Assembly: GCA_965277285.1 (NCBI GenBank)
Contig: OZ255721.1
Location: forward strand, 672,001 to 736,000
Direction of reading: 5' to 3'
DNA length: 64,000 nucleotides
Source of the DNA: Abditibacteriaceae bacterium
GTDB taxonomy: Bacteria > Armatimonadota > Abditibacteriia > Abditibacteriales > Abditibacteriaceae
This document shows positions 1 to 9,037 of this stretch, piece by piece (the stretch's first letter is position 1; every line of letters starts with the position of its first letter). The notes beneath the pieces are model-generated. The model did no database searches. It had not been told where the DNA came from and saw only the letters and a program-made list of their open reading frames with translations. The translations under genes were made by a program, and so were the position numbers.

Positions 1-282
1 GGCAGCAATTCGGTGCGCAATTTGTGGCCGCAATCCTATCAAACGCAGCCGTGGAACGCTTATGTCAAAGACGAACTGGAAAACGAATTGCATCGCCTGG
101 TCGTCAGCGGTCAGATGGATCTGCCAACCGCGCAACACATGATTGCCACCAATTGGATCGCGGCTTACCAGCAAGTTTTTCACACACAGTTGCCGTTGAA
201 AAATCACTTGCGCACCGCGTCCGGTCATCGCCGCTATAAAAATGAGGCTCCTTTTCAGGATGCCGATGGAGATTCCCCATGA
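1..282 (+). CDS. HNH-endonuclease-like protein, C-terminal part (truncated by window start)
   Basis: Frame is open from base 1: GSNSVRNLWPQ...KDELENELHRLV...AQHMIATNW resembles the 'GGSN..NLWPQ' HNH-like family. Confidence 0.55.
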   Translation, partial: GSNSVRNLWPQSYQTQPWNAYVKDELENELHRLVVSGQMDLPTAQHMIATNWIAAYQQVFHTQLPLKNHLRTASGHRRYKNEAPFQDADGDSP

Positions 283-767
283 GTCCAAACCACAAATTGA
301 CCAGTGTCATTCAAGGTCGCACCATTGTTGGAACCTCGAACGCTGATGGCAAAATGACGATTACCTTCGACGACGGCTCAACGATGCACATCAAAACCGG
401 CGATTCGAGTACTGGAAACGCGTCGGTGTCAACTCCAGGCAATCCAACGCCGAATCCGCAACTACAAGAGCAAGTGTCGCCCGATGTGAAGCGCAACGAT
501 GTTTATCGCAACTTTCAGTGGAACGAAAACAAATTCAACAGCGATGTATCGCGTTCCAATTTCGGCGACCAACAGACTCCGCTTGATGCTCCAAATGTCG
601 CTTCCAACAGTGCCTCAAGCGGCGGCACGGTGAAAGCGGTTTTGCAGGGCGGCACGACGATGACGCTGCAGTTTGAAGACGGCAGCGACATGAACATTCC
701 ACTCGCCGAAGCCACTTCCAGCGTCATGCTGCGCGACAAAAACAGCGTCATGGAATATGCGGATTGA
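279..767 (+). CDS. Hypothetical protein with two similar beta-rich halves
   Basis: ATGA overlap with upstream gene; MTITFDDGSTMHI and MTLQFEDGSDMNI repeats. Confidence 0.7.
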   Translation: MSPNHKLTSVIQGRTIVGTSNADGKMTITFDDGSTMHIKTGDSSTGNASVSTPGNPTPNPQLQEQVSPDVKRNDVYRNFQWNENKFNSDVSRSNFGDQQTPLDAPNVASNSASSGGTVKAVLQGGTTMTLQFEDGSDMNIPLAEATSSVMLRDKNSVMEYAD

Positions 768-773
768 ACCAGC

Positions 774-1103
774 ATGAAACTCAATGTTGAAGAGATTCAC
801 GAGCTTTGCGAAGCCGTCAGGCTTTTTGAAGAAAAAACGATAACCGTGTATGAATCGTTGACCTGCGATAGGCGAGAAGGTCACAATCGCCATTTCACAA
901 CCTATACTTCTTTCTCATTTCACGTTGGACGTGTCGGCATTGCTATTAGCGGCGCTCAACTGATTTTCTCCGGCGCGCAGTGTTGCTACGGTATTGGTGT
1001 GGATAACGTTGTGAGTTTTGAAAAAATCGAAAACGGTTTGGAAATTGTCGAGCAGTTCGAGCAGAAGACCGAACGTTTGACAACAATCAAGATAACCGAG
1101 TGA
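774..1103 (+). CDS. Hypothetical protein
   Basis: 109-aa ORF tightly packed between co-oriented ORFs. Confidence 0.6.
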   Translation: MKLNVEEIHELCEAVRLFEEKTITVYESLTCDRREGHNRHFTTYTSFSFHVGRVGIAISGAQLIFSGAQCCYGIGVDNVVSFEKIENGLEIVEQFEQKTERLTTIKITE

Positions 1104-1110
1104 GATTATC

Positions 1111-1548
1111 ATGCAACTTCTGCGCAGCGATGGAAACGGGCGAACACTCGAAGAGGATTATTTGCAGTTGCTACAAAGTTATGGACATAACTCCGATGTT
1201 GAAGAAACCATCAACGATATGTTGAAGCTCGTCAGGGAATTGGAAAAGATTGCTTATCCTATTCAATGGGCGACGGTTTCGCACTTCGCTTTCTACATCA
1301 CGGAACTCGACACATGGTTCCCCGAAATGATCAGAGTAGATGTGCAGCCATCAGAGGAAGGTTATAGAATCAAGTACAGAACGAAAAGAAAAATAAAGAC
1401 AAACGAAGATTTTGAAAACTCTTTTACAACCGTCCTTGCAAAAAGTGTCGCTCAAGCTGTTGAGGCCGTAGAACACGCTCTTCAACACGCGGAACGAAAT
1501 CTTCAAACCGAAAGTTGGCGAATGCAGCACCTGCTAAAACCCAAGTGA
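1111..1548 (+). CDS. Hypothetical protein
   Basis: 145-aa ORF, AT-richer, ends at a hairpin. Confidence 0.6.
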   Translation: MQLLRSDGNGRTLEEDYLQLLQSYGHNSDVEETINDMLKLVRELEKIAYPIQWATVSHFAFYITELDTWFPEMIRVDVQPSEEGYRIKYRTKRKIKTNEDFENSFTTVLAKSVAQAVEAVEHALQHAERNLQTESWRMQHLLKPK

Positions 1549-1584
1549 AACGCGCGCCTATCGAGTACTCGATAGGCGCGCGTT
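1549..1584. terminator. Perfect 36-bp palindrome between convergent genes, centred on TCGAGTACTCGA
   Basis: AACGCGCGCCTATCGAGT|ACTCGATAGGCGCGCGTT. Confidence 0.65.
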
Positions 1585-1603
1585 GTTCGTCTGGAACCTC
1601 GAT

Positions 1604-3169
1604 TTACAGCACATTCAAATAGCGATCCAGTTCGTATTGGTGAACTTGGGCGCGATAGGTTTCCCATTCCAGCTTTTTGTTGTCCAGAAACTTCTCGAAC
1701 AAGTTATCGCCCAGAACGCGGCGCGCCAGTTCGCTTTCGCGGGCGGCGCGGATCGCTTCGTTCAAGTCGGACGGCAAAACTTCGACGCCGGCTTCCTTGC
1801 GCTCGGCTGTGCTCATCTGGTGAATGCCACCGACGACTTCGGGAATCGGATAATCGTTTTTGATGCCCTCTAAACCCGCCGCCAAAAGCAGCGCGAAGAC
1901 CAGATACGGATTGCAAGCCGGGTCGGGCGAGCGATATTCGACGCGGCGACTGGATTCGCGGCCTGGCTTGAAAGCGGGAACGCGCACCAGATCGGCACGA
2001 TTGCGCATCGCCCACGTCACGCGCGTCGGCGCTTCAAAGCCGGGCACCAGACGTTTATACGAGTTCACCCATTGGTTGGTAAAAAGCGTCAGTTCGCGCG
2101 CGTGGCGCAGCAAACCCGCGATGTATTTGCGCGCGGTTTCGCTCAAGTGGTCGGGATCGTTGGCGTCGTAAAAGGCGTTGCGCGCGCCGCGAAACAAGCT
2201 CATATTGATGTGCATTCCGCTGCCGTTTTGTCCCGACGCGGGTTTGGGCATGAACGTCGCGTAATAGCCTTCTTCGTGCGCGACTTCTTTGATGACAAGG
2301 CGAAACGTCATCAGCGAATCGGCCATCGTCAACGCATCGGAGTAACGCAAATCAATTTCGTGCTGGCTGGGCGCGCCTTCATGGTGACTTGATTCCACAC
2401 CGATATCCATCTGTTCCAGCATCAAAACCGATTTGCGTCGCGCGCCCGATGCCACATCAAGAGGCGTCAGGTCGAAGTAACCACCGGCATCCAAAGGTTC
2501 GGCGCCTTGAGTTTGGCCGTCGCGCGGGCGCTGAAAATAGAAAAACTCGACTTCGGGGCCAACATAAAAAGTGAAACCCATTTCCGCGGCGGCTTTGAGT
2601 TGCTTTTTCAGGATGTGGCGCGGATCGGTTTCCGCTGGCTTTCCGTCCGGCTGGCGGATGTCGCAAAACAAGCGCGCGACCGAGCCGCCTTCGACGGGCC
2701 GAAACGGCAGCATAGCGAAAGTGTTCGGGTCGGGGACGGCGATCATGTCGCTTTCGTCTTCGCGCGCGAAACCTTCGATCACGCTGCCATCGAAAGTGAC
2801 ACCTTCGGCCAGCGCCGATTCGAGTTCTTCGGCGGTAATCGCGGTGCTTTTCAGAATTCCCAGAATGTCGGTGAACCACAATCGCACGAACTTGACGTTG
2901 CGGTCGCGCGCGGCTTTGAGAACGAATTCGCGCGAATGTTGCTCGGCCTGAGCTTTGGCGGCGGCGGACATTTTCATATCGTCTTCATCGGAAAGAGGGG
3001 AAGGTTCCACGTTCACGGTTTCAACTTGGGACGTCGCAGCAAGCGCCTTTTTCGTCTTTCGAGTACTCGATTTGCGCGGAGCGGCGGCTGCAACTTCTTC
3101 GTGAGGTGATTCGGCAGAGACGGTTTCGAGAGGCGATGTTTTGGAGGAACGCGTCGAGCGAGCGGGCAT
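1604..3169 (-). CDS. glnA: Glutamine synthetase type I
   Basis: FDGSVIEGF, HHEGAPSQHEID, TFMPKP...NGSGMH, NSYKRLVPGFEAP, RVEYRSPDPACNPY; ATG at 3169 with GGAG RBS. Confidence 0.95.
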   Translation of the reverse strand: MPARSTRSSKTSPLETVSAESPHEEVAAAAPRKSSTRKTKKALAATSQVETVNVEPSPLSDEDDMKMSAAAKAQAEQHSREFVLKAARDRNVKFVRLWFTDILGILKSTAITAEELESALAEGVTFDGSVIEGFAREDESDMIAVPDPNTFAMLPFRPVEGGSVARLFCDIRQPDGKPAETDPRHILKKQLKAAAEMGFTFYVGPEVEFFYFQRPRDGQTQGAEPLDAGGYFDLTPLDVASGARRKSVLMLEQMDIGVESSHHEGAPSQHEIDLRYSDALTMADSLMTFRLVIKEVAHEEGYYATFMPKPASGQNGSGMHINMSLFRGARNAFYDANDPDHLSETARKYIAGLLRHARELTLFTNQWVNSYKRLVPGFEAPTRVTWAMRNRADLVRVPAFKPGRESSRRVEYRSPDPACNPYLVFALLLAAGLEGIKNDYPIPEVVGGIHQMSTAERKEAGVEVLPSDLNEAIRAARESELARRVLGDNLFEKFLDNKKLEWETYRAQVHQYELDRYLNVL

Positions 3170-3239
3170 GAAAACTCCAGATCCGAACGCGATATGAGGC
3201 GCCAAAGCGGAGCACAAAAGCGATTCGGGTGAGAAAGGT

Positions 3240-3292
3240 AAATAAAAGCGAGCGAGGTTCAGCTTGCACTGAGACATCGCTCGCTTTTATTT
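3240..3292. terminator. Intrinsic terminator-like hairpin
   Basis: AAATAAAAGCGAGCGA...TCGCTCGCTTTTATTT inverted repeat downstream of the gene ending at 3364. Confidence 0.6.
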
Positions 3293-3363
3293 TAACTCAA
3301 GACTGCAGAGTTTTCGCGCTCTTTGCAGGACGCCTTGTTATTGCTCGTTGTTACCACACGTTG

Positions 3364-4263
3364 TTATTGACCGCCAGTTTTGGAGGGAGCCGCCGCCGGA
3401 CCCGTGGTCGGTGTTGAGGGCGGAGCGGGCGCTGGTGCAGCCGGGCCGCCGAAGTTGTAGTCGAAACCAACGTAAACCTGGTTGCGATTTGGGAGTACCG
3501 AACTATCGTTGTAGTGGATGTAACCGATCTGCACATCGGACTGCGAGTTGATGTTGTACAGCAAGCTGGGCGAAAGCGTACTGATCGTCGAGCGTCCCGA
3601 GTAATAATCGACCAGGAACTGCAGTTTGTTGTTGTGGAAACTGCGGTCATAGCCCAGTTGCAAGTAGGTGCGGTCGCCGTGGCCAGCGGGCGTTGTGATG
3701 GCCACACGGTTGGCCAGCGACTGCGCGACGCCCAAATGGATGCGCCCAAAGGTGAAAGCCTTGGAACCGAGCAGGTAAATGACATCGGCGGGGAAAAGCG
3801 TGTTGCCCGTTGTCTGGTTGCCGCGTGCGCCCAGCAGCCAGGTTCCTGCCACAACGCGCGTGCCTTGCTTATCGTTGTTATAAAGCTGGGTCTTGCCATT
3901 TAGCAGAAATCGATTGCCGAGGCTAATGCTTGAAGCGAAAGCCGAGCCGCCCGTGACGTAATCGAAACCGATTTCGTTGCGACCAAACGCTTTCGATGTG
4001 TCAGGGCCGACACCGTAAGTCAGGCCCAACGAGGTCGAGGCCGAGCTTTTAGAATGGCCGGTGTCGAGGTAGTTGCTCGAGTTCAGGTGAGTGGTGTCCA
4101 TGCCCTGAATGTCGGTCGACGGGTAAAACATCAGCGAAGTCGGAATGGCTGCCGCCGGCTTCATGCTCGCCAGAGTTCCGGCAACGACCAGCGCCGCCGT
4201 CCCCAAAGTCGCGGCTTTACGAGCCGTTTTCGTCCAGTTCGTCAAATCAAAGTTGTTGCGCAA
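3364..4263 (-). CDS. Secreted / putative outer-membrane beta-strand-rich protein
   Basis: TTG start after GGAGG; signal peptide ending AAA; alternating aromatic strands (VYVGFDYNF); Pro/Ala tail. Confidence 0.65.
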   Translation of the reverse strand: MRNNFDLTNWTKTARKAATLGTAALVVAGTLASMKPAAAIPTSLMFYPSTDIQGMDTTHLNSSNYLDTGHSKSSASTSLGLTYGVGPDTSKAFGRNEIGFDYVTGGSAFASSISLGNRFLLNGKTQLYNNDKQGTRVVAGTWLLGARGNQTTGNTLFPADVIYLLGSKAFTFGRIHLGVAQSLANRVAITTPAGHGDRTYLQLGYDRSFHNNKLQFLVDYYSGRSTISTLSPSLLYNINSQSDVQIGYIHYNDSSVLPNRNQVYVGFDYNFGGPAAPAPAPPSTPTTGPAAAPSKTGGQ

Positions 4264-4536
4264 GTGCAACACCTCCATAAGAAGTTGCGTTTTGGATGAT
4301 GGACGCTTTGAACCGCTTTGATTTGGACTGTGGCCGTGTTTCCAGCCGAATCGTGGGCAGCGCATTGCGTTCTCTTCCGCACGCTGCCCCAAACTATAAC
4401 GATTGCGTGTTTCGCGCAAGTTTCCGATGCGAAAAATAAACGTGTCGCGGAAATGACAAAAGCGCACATCGCGTACTGTTTCGAGTACTCGATATGCACT
4501 TTCTGCGATGGGAAACCGAGATTTAGATGCTCACAA

Positions 4537-4662
4537 GCCCGCCCATGAATGAGCGGGCTGAATGCACAAGCATCCGCCCAAAGGGCACCCGAATGGCGCT
4601 CAATCATAACTGTCAGCGCCTCTCAGGGTTTTAACTATCAGCCCGCTCATTCATGGGCGGGC
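4537..4662. repeat. REPIN-like inverted pair of 25-bp hairpin units
   Basis: GCCCGCCCATGAATGAGCGGGCTGA (4537-4561) and its exact reverse complement (4638-4662). Confidence 0.75.
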
Positions 4663-4706
4663 GCCTCAATAATTCGCAACTGAGATTGGGACAGCACAAT
4701 ATCTTA

Positions 4707-4895
4707 ACCCAAGTTGCCACCTAACTATTGCCTGCGAGTGAACTCGCGTCTGAACGACTTACGCCGGAGTGTCGGCCTGCGCCGACGCCAGAGATAGAGT
4801 CCTTTCAATGTTGCGTCGGCGCAGGCCGCCGCTGCCGCCGCAGGCGGTTGAGCAGCGAGTTTACTCGCAGGCAATAGTTAGGTGGCAACTTGGGT
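4707..4895. mobile_element. MITE, 189 bp, ~41-bp terminal inverted repeats, 7-bp target site duplication
   Basis: TIR ACCCAAGTTGCCACCTAACTATTGCCTGCGAGT(G/A)AACTCGC with 1 mismatch; TATCTTA at 4700-4706 and 4896-4902. Confidence 0.75.
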
Positions 4896-4899
4896 TATC

Positions 4900-6069
4900 T
4901 TATTGCAATTGATACAACGTGTTGCGACGTTTCGGTTCGTAACCAGCTTCGCGGATCAAGCGCTCGATTTCTGAAATCGGCATCACGAAATCTGTTCCGG
5001 CTGCGCTAACGACGTTTTCTTCCATCATCGTCGAGCCGAAATCGTCCAGCCCATAATTCAAGCCGATTTGCGCGATCTTCGGGCCTTGCGTCACCCAACT
5101 CGCCTGATGATGCGGAATGTTGTCCAGCATCAAGCGCGCCACAGCAATCGTGCGCAAATAATCGAATCCAGTGGCTTTGCGCCAATTCGGATTGGAGGCC
5201 ATAATCTGGTTGCCCAAAGGCGTGCCGTCCGGCTGAAAGTTCCACGCGATGAACGCGGTGAATCCGCCGCTGGTGTTGGTCAGGCTTTCGTCTTGTGCAG
5301 CACGCGTGCGAAGAATGTGTTCCAGACGTTCTTCAGGTGTTTCGACCGTGCCATACATCATCGTTACAGTCGAAAAGCCGCCCAGCTTGTGCCACAATTG
5401 CATCGTTTGCAGCCATTCGTCGGTCGTGTCTTTATACGGCGCGATGACTTTACGAACGCGGTCAACTAACATTTCGGCACCGGCGCCTGGAATCGTTTTT
5501 AAGCCCGCATTGCGCAAACGTGTCAAGCATTCTTCAAGTGAAATGCGCGAAATTTTAGCGATGTAAAGAATCTCTGCAACACTAAGTGCATGAAGCCAGA
5601 CTGTCGGGAACTTTTGCGTAATGGAACTGAACAAATCTTCGTAATACTCGATGCGCAACTTCGGGTTCAAGCCACCTTGCAAAAGAATTTCGATGCCGCC
5701 CAGATCGACCATTACCTGTGTCTTGCGGAAGATTTCTTCTTTGGCCAGCGTATAGGCGCCGTCCTTGTTGGGCAGGCGATAGAAGGCGCAAAATGAGCAT
5801 TGAACCCAACACGTATTGGTGTAATTGATGTTGCGGCCCGCGATGTAAGTGACAACGCGCCCCGGATTCTGGCGCTGACGCACTTCATCCGCCAAAATCC
5901 CCAACTCGGCCAAATTCGGATGACGCATCAAGCGCAAACCGTCGTCAAAAGACAAACGTTCGCCATCGTAAACTTTTTGCGCGATGTCATCAATCGAGGG
6001 ATGAGCAACGAACGATGCGGGACAAGTTAGCGCTTTTTGAGTTGGTGCATCCAGCAATTGAGTACTCAT
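4900..6069 (-). CDS. mqnC: Cyclic dehypoxanthinyl futalosine synthase (radical SAM)
   Basis: NINYTNTCWVQCSFCAFY, ILLQGGLNP, QASWVTQG, DFGSTMMEENVVSAAG. Confidence 0.88.
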   Translation of the reverse strand: MSTQLLDAPTQKALTCPASFVAHPSIDDIAQKVYDGERLSFDDGLRLMRHPNLAELGILADEVRQRQNPGRVVTYIAGRNINYTNTCWVQCSFCAFYRLPNKDGAYTLAKEEIFRKTQVMVDLGGIEILLQGGLNPKLRIEYYEDLFSSITQKFPTVWLHALSVAEILYIAKISRISLEECLTRLRNAGLKTIPGAGAEMLVDRVRKVIAPYKDTTDEWLQTMQLWHKLGGFSTVTMMYGTVETPEERLEHILRTRAAQDESLTNTSGGFTAFIAWNFQPDGTPLGNQIMASNPNWRKATGFDYLRTIAVARLMLDNIPHHQASWVTQGPKIAQIGLNYGLDDFGSTMMEENVVSAAGTDFVMPISEIERLIREAGYEPKRRNTLYQLQ

Positions 6070-6086
6070 TTTTGTATTTCCTTACT

Positions 6087-6704
6087 TCATTTCGGCAAAC
6101 ATTTGACTTTCGGCGGCAGCGGCGCGCCCATTGTTGGTTCGCCCATCATCAGTTGCGTTAGCCGCGCTTTGCCTGTTTTACTCTTTTTTGGCGCATTGAC
6201 TTTCGGCTTGCCCCTTGTCGGCGACGGTGTTCGTGGCACGACGGCGACGGCGCCCGTCATGGTCGAAAGGGGTTGCGGACTCAATTTGTTGACCAGCACG
6301 CCGACAACCGGCGTGTTGCGCAATGAATCGACAAGGTTCGATTTGACGGAATGCGTTCCCGCCAATGCTGCGCTGACCATCAAAAACGGCGCGGCGAGAA
6401 TCGTCAATAGCGCAACCGAAACGCGTCCGCGACGGCGCGGATTTTTCGTTCCGACCGGACAATTGGTCGTCAACATCGTGCCATCAGCGCGCTGGAAAAA
6501 GCGCACGCACAATTGACCTTCTTTTTCGCGTATCAACGTTTCGGCTTCCAGTCGCGTCATGCTCGACAAGTTGTAAACGTTTTTGGCGCATGAACCGCAA
6601 AAACGACTTTTGTCGTCGCCCTGCATTTTGTCCCAGTCGGCGCGGCACGGCGTGGCAATACAAATTTCTTCCAAAGCGATGAATTGAGTACCCATTTTCT
6701 TCAC
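6087..6704 (-). CDS. Conserved hypothetical membrane protein with Cys-rich N-terminal domain
   Basis: PCRADWDKMQGDDKSRFCGSCAKNVYNLS...LCVRFFQRADGT followed by a TM segment. Confidence 0.75.
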   Translation of the reverse strand: MKKMGTQFIALEEICIATPCRADWDKMQGDDKSRFCGSCAKNVYNLSSMTRLEAETLIREKEGQLCVRFFQRADGTMLTTNCPVGTKNPRRRGRVSVALLTILAAPFLMVSAALAGTHSVKSNLVDSLRNTPVVGVLVNKLSPQPLSTMTGAVAVVPRTPSPTRGKPKVNAPKKSKTGKARLTQLMMGEPTMGAPLPPKVKCLPK

Positions 6705-6782
6705 TCTCCTGCATCACTCGACCGCGAAGCATTTATTTTTGTTCCCGGCTAATATCGAGTACTCGAACCTGCAAAAAGACCA

Positions 6783-7088
6783 TCATTTTTTCGTGCTTTC
6801 TAAAGAAATGACTATCGTCGCAATGAAATAACCCAACAGCAAGCTTCCTAAAACCGAAAAACGTAAAAAAGTGGCATTGGCAAGTGACGAACTAACAATC
6901 GTTTCTGGGAAGATGAGCGGAACAAACGAAATTATCCACCATCCAACACCGCGATTAAATAATTGCCACATTAGGCACCACGCCACATATCTCACGACAA
7001 AAGCAACGCACCCAAGCATGAATCCGAAGATTAGAAAATATTTCATCGTGATCGTTTGCGTTTCGCTCACCGGTTCGGAAGTTTTCAT
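6783..7088 (-). CDS. Small hypothetical membrane protein
   Basis: Hydrophobic 101-aa ORF directly after the macro-domain gene. Confidence 0.55.
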   Translation of the reverse strand: MKTSEPVSETQTITMKYFLIFGFMLGCVAFVVRYVAWCLMWQLFNRGVGWWIISFVPLIFPETIVSSSLANATFLRFSVLGSLLLGYFIATIVISLESTKK

Positions 7089-7090
7089 AA

Positions 7091-7627
7091 TTACAGCTCG
7101 CCAAGTTTGCGCAATTCTTCTTCATAAATGCGCAAGATTTTTTCATCGAACAAGACAAAGCGCACCAGCCGCAAGCTGCGACCTTCGTTTTTCACGAACT
7201 CGATAACAGTTGTCAGCGCGATTTTGGCCGCATCGCGTATGGGATAACGATAAGCGCCTGTTGACAAACTGGGAAAGGCAACTGAGCAAATCGAGTACTC
7301 GATAGCGATTTTCAGGCTGCTGCGATAAGCGTTCGCCAGCAAAAAGTCTTCGCCTGAAACACCGTTTCGGTAAATCGGCCCGACCGCGTGAATCACATAA
7401 CGCGCCTTCAAATCGCCGCCGGACGTAATGCGCGCCTCGCCCGTTGGACAGCCGCCCATTTTCCGGCATTCCTGCATAATCGTCGGGCCGCCCGCGCGAT
7501 GAATGGCTCCATCAACGCCGCCACCGCCCGCCAAACCGGAGTTGGCCGCATTGACAATCGCCTCGACATCATCCTGCGCGACGATGTTGCCGTGCACCAA
7601 TTCCAATGTTGTGTTGTTGATAATCAT
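7091..7627 (-). CDS. Macro-domain protein (O-acetyl-ADP-ribose deacetylase, YmdB-like)
   Basis: AIVNAANSGLAGGGGVDGAIHRAGG, VIHAVGP, AFPSLSTGAY. Confidence 0.92.
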   Translation of the reverse strand: MIINNTTLELVHGNIVAQDDVEAIVNAANSGLAGGGGVDGAIHRAGGPTIMQECRKMGGCPTGEARITSGGDLKARYVIHAVGPIYRNGVSGEDFLLANAYRSSLKIAIEYSICSVAFPSLSTGAYRYPIRDAAKIALTTVIEFVKNEGRSLRLVRFVLFDEKILRIYEEELRKLGEL

Positions 7628-7682
7628 TATTTAAACCACAGAGACGTAAAGAACACGGATAAAATAATAGTTCGCGCATATT

Positions 7683-7755
7683 TGTAGGGACGCAGAAATC
7701 TGCGTCCGTTGTGTGCAAGTTTGAATCAGCGGACGCAGAAATCTGCGTCCCTACA
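7683..7755. repeat. GTAG-type REP doublet (REPIN)
   Basis: TGTAGGGACGCAGAAATCTGCGTCCG ... CGGACGCAGAAATCTGCGTCCCTACA. Confidence 0.8.
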
Positions 7756-7786
7756 AATATGGGCATTCACCTGCGGCGTTTTGTAG

Positions 7787-8896
7787 TTACAAAACGCCGT
7801 GTCGTGTCTCGTCCACGATGAAATCAACGACATCTTCCAGCTTGCTCGTTTGTTGATAAATCTGACGTTGGCGCGTGGCGCCGTTGCCGTTTCCGAGTAC
7901 TCGATCCGCCAGATGCGATACTTCATCCCAATCGTTGGCGGCTTCCAGCGCGGGACGGACAAATTGCAGCAATTGGCCGATCAATTCGGGCGCGAAAACG
8001 CTTTTTCCCGCGTGAACATCAATCAATCCTTCGTCGATGCCATAACGCGCGGCGCGCCATTCTGCGGCGCGCAAAAGTTCCGGTCGAACTGGAACGAAAA
8101 CCGCGTCGCGTTCGCGGTCAGCGACAGCCGCATCGTAGCACGTTTGCGCCAGAGAGCGCACCAAACCCGCGATGAGAACCGCGTCGTCCACGCTCAAGCC
8201 GATGTCGGTCGCGCGAAATTCCAGCGTGTCGAAGCGGTCGGCAGGACGCATATCCCAGTAGATTTTTGTTTCATCGGAAATGCTGCCGGTTTCCACCAGA
8301 ACGCGCACCAGCGCATCGTATTCAGCGCGCGAAGAGAAAACCTGCGGGCTTCCGGCCATCGGCCAGCGGCGCCAAATCTCCGTCCGAAAACTGGCGTAAC
8401 CTGTATCGTCGCCCTGCCAGAACGGAGAGTTTGCTGCCAGCGCTACCAAAGACGCCAGCCAGCCGCGCGCCCGATTCATCACGTCAATCGCGAGTTCGTG
8501 GTCGCCGATTCCGACGTGAACGTGGCAGCCGCAAATCATGTGTTCGCGCGCGATTTGCTGATAATCTTGCGCCATATCGAGATAGCGCGATTTGGGCGTG
8601 ATTTCTTGTTCGTCGGCGCGCGAAAACGGATGCGTGCTGGTCGCCAATATCTTCAAGCCGTGTTTTTCTGCGGTTTCGATGACGCCGCGCCGCAAGCGCA
8701 CGATTTGCTCGCGCACTTCATTCAACGTGTTGCAAACCGGCGTGCCTATTTCGATTTGCGACAGAAACAGTTCATTTGCCGCCTGTTCTTCCACGTCATC
8801 GGGCAAGGCGTGCAAAAGGCGCGAACCGCGCGGCTCCAAGGCTCGCGTCTGCGCATTCACAATCTGATATTCTTCTTCGACGCCGATAGTAAACAT
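7787..8896 (-). CDS. Carboxylate-amine ligase / glutamate-cysteine ligase (YbdK/GCS2 family)
   Basis: FTIGVEEEYQIV, GCHVHVGI, ALAANSPFWQG.DTGYAS.R, YWDMRP. Confidence 0.9.
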   Translation of the reverse strand: MFTIGVEEEYQIVNAQTRALEPRGSRLLHALPDDVEEQAANELFLSQIEIGTPVCNTLNEVREQIVRLRRGVIETAEKHGLKILATSTHPFSRADEQEITPKSRYLDMAQDYQQIAREHMICGCHVHVGIGDHELAIDVMNRARGWLASLVALAANSPFWQGDDTGYASFRTEIWRRWPMAGSPQVFSSRAEYDALVRVLVETGSISDETKIYWDMRPADRFDTLEFRATDIGLSVDDAVLIAGLVRSLAQTCYDAAVADRERDAVFVPVRPELLRAAEWRAARYGIDEGLIDVHAGKSVFAPELIGQLLQFVRPALEAANDWDEVSHLADRVLGNGNGATRQRQIYQQTSKLEDVVDFIVDETRHGVL

Positions 8897-8904
8897 AATT
8901 TTTG

Positions 8905-9037
8905 AACCACAGATGAACACGGATAAACACAGATTGGAAAGAGATTTTTGATTGTAGGAACTCGAATCGAGTACTCGAATCAAAGACCAAAGCAGAAAGC
9001 TCAAACCCTCCGTGTTTATCCGTGTCCATCTGTGGTT
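8905..9037. repeat. Intergenic inverted-repeat element (CACAGATGAACACGGAT type) with the 12-bp palindrome at its centre
   Basis: 29-bp arms at 8905-8933 and 9009-9037 with 2 mismatches; motif at 8967-8978. Confidence 0.7.

Noticed and set aside
3185..3210. Sigma-54 promoter upstream of glnA (TGGCGC...GC)
   Set aside because: GG-to-GC spacing is off by one and the -12 TTGC is missing
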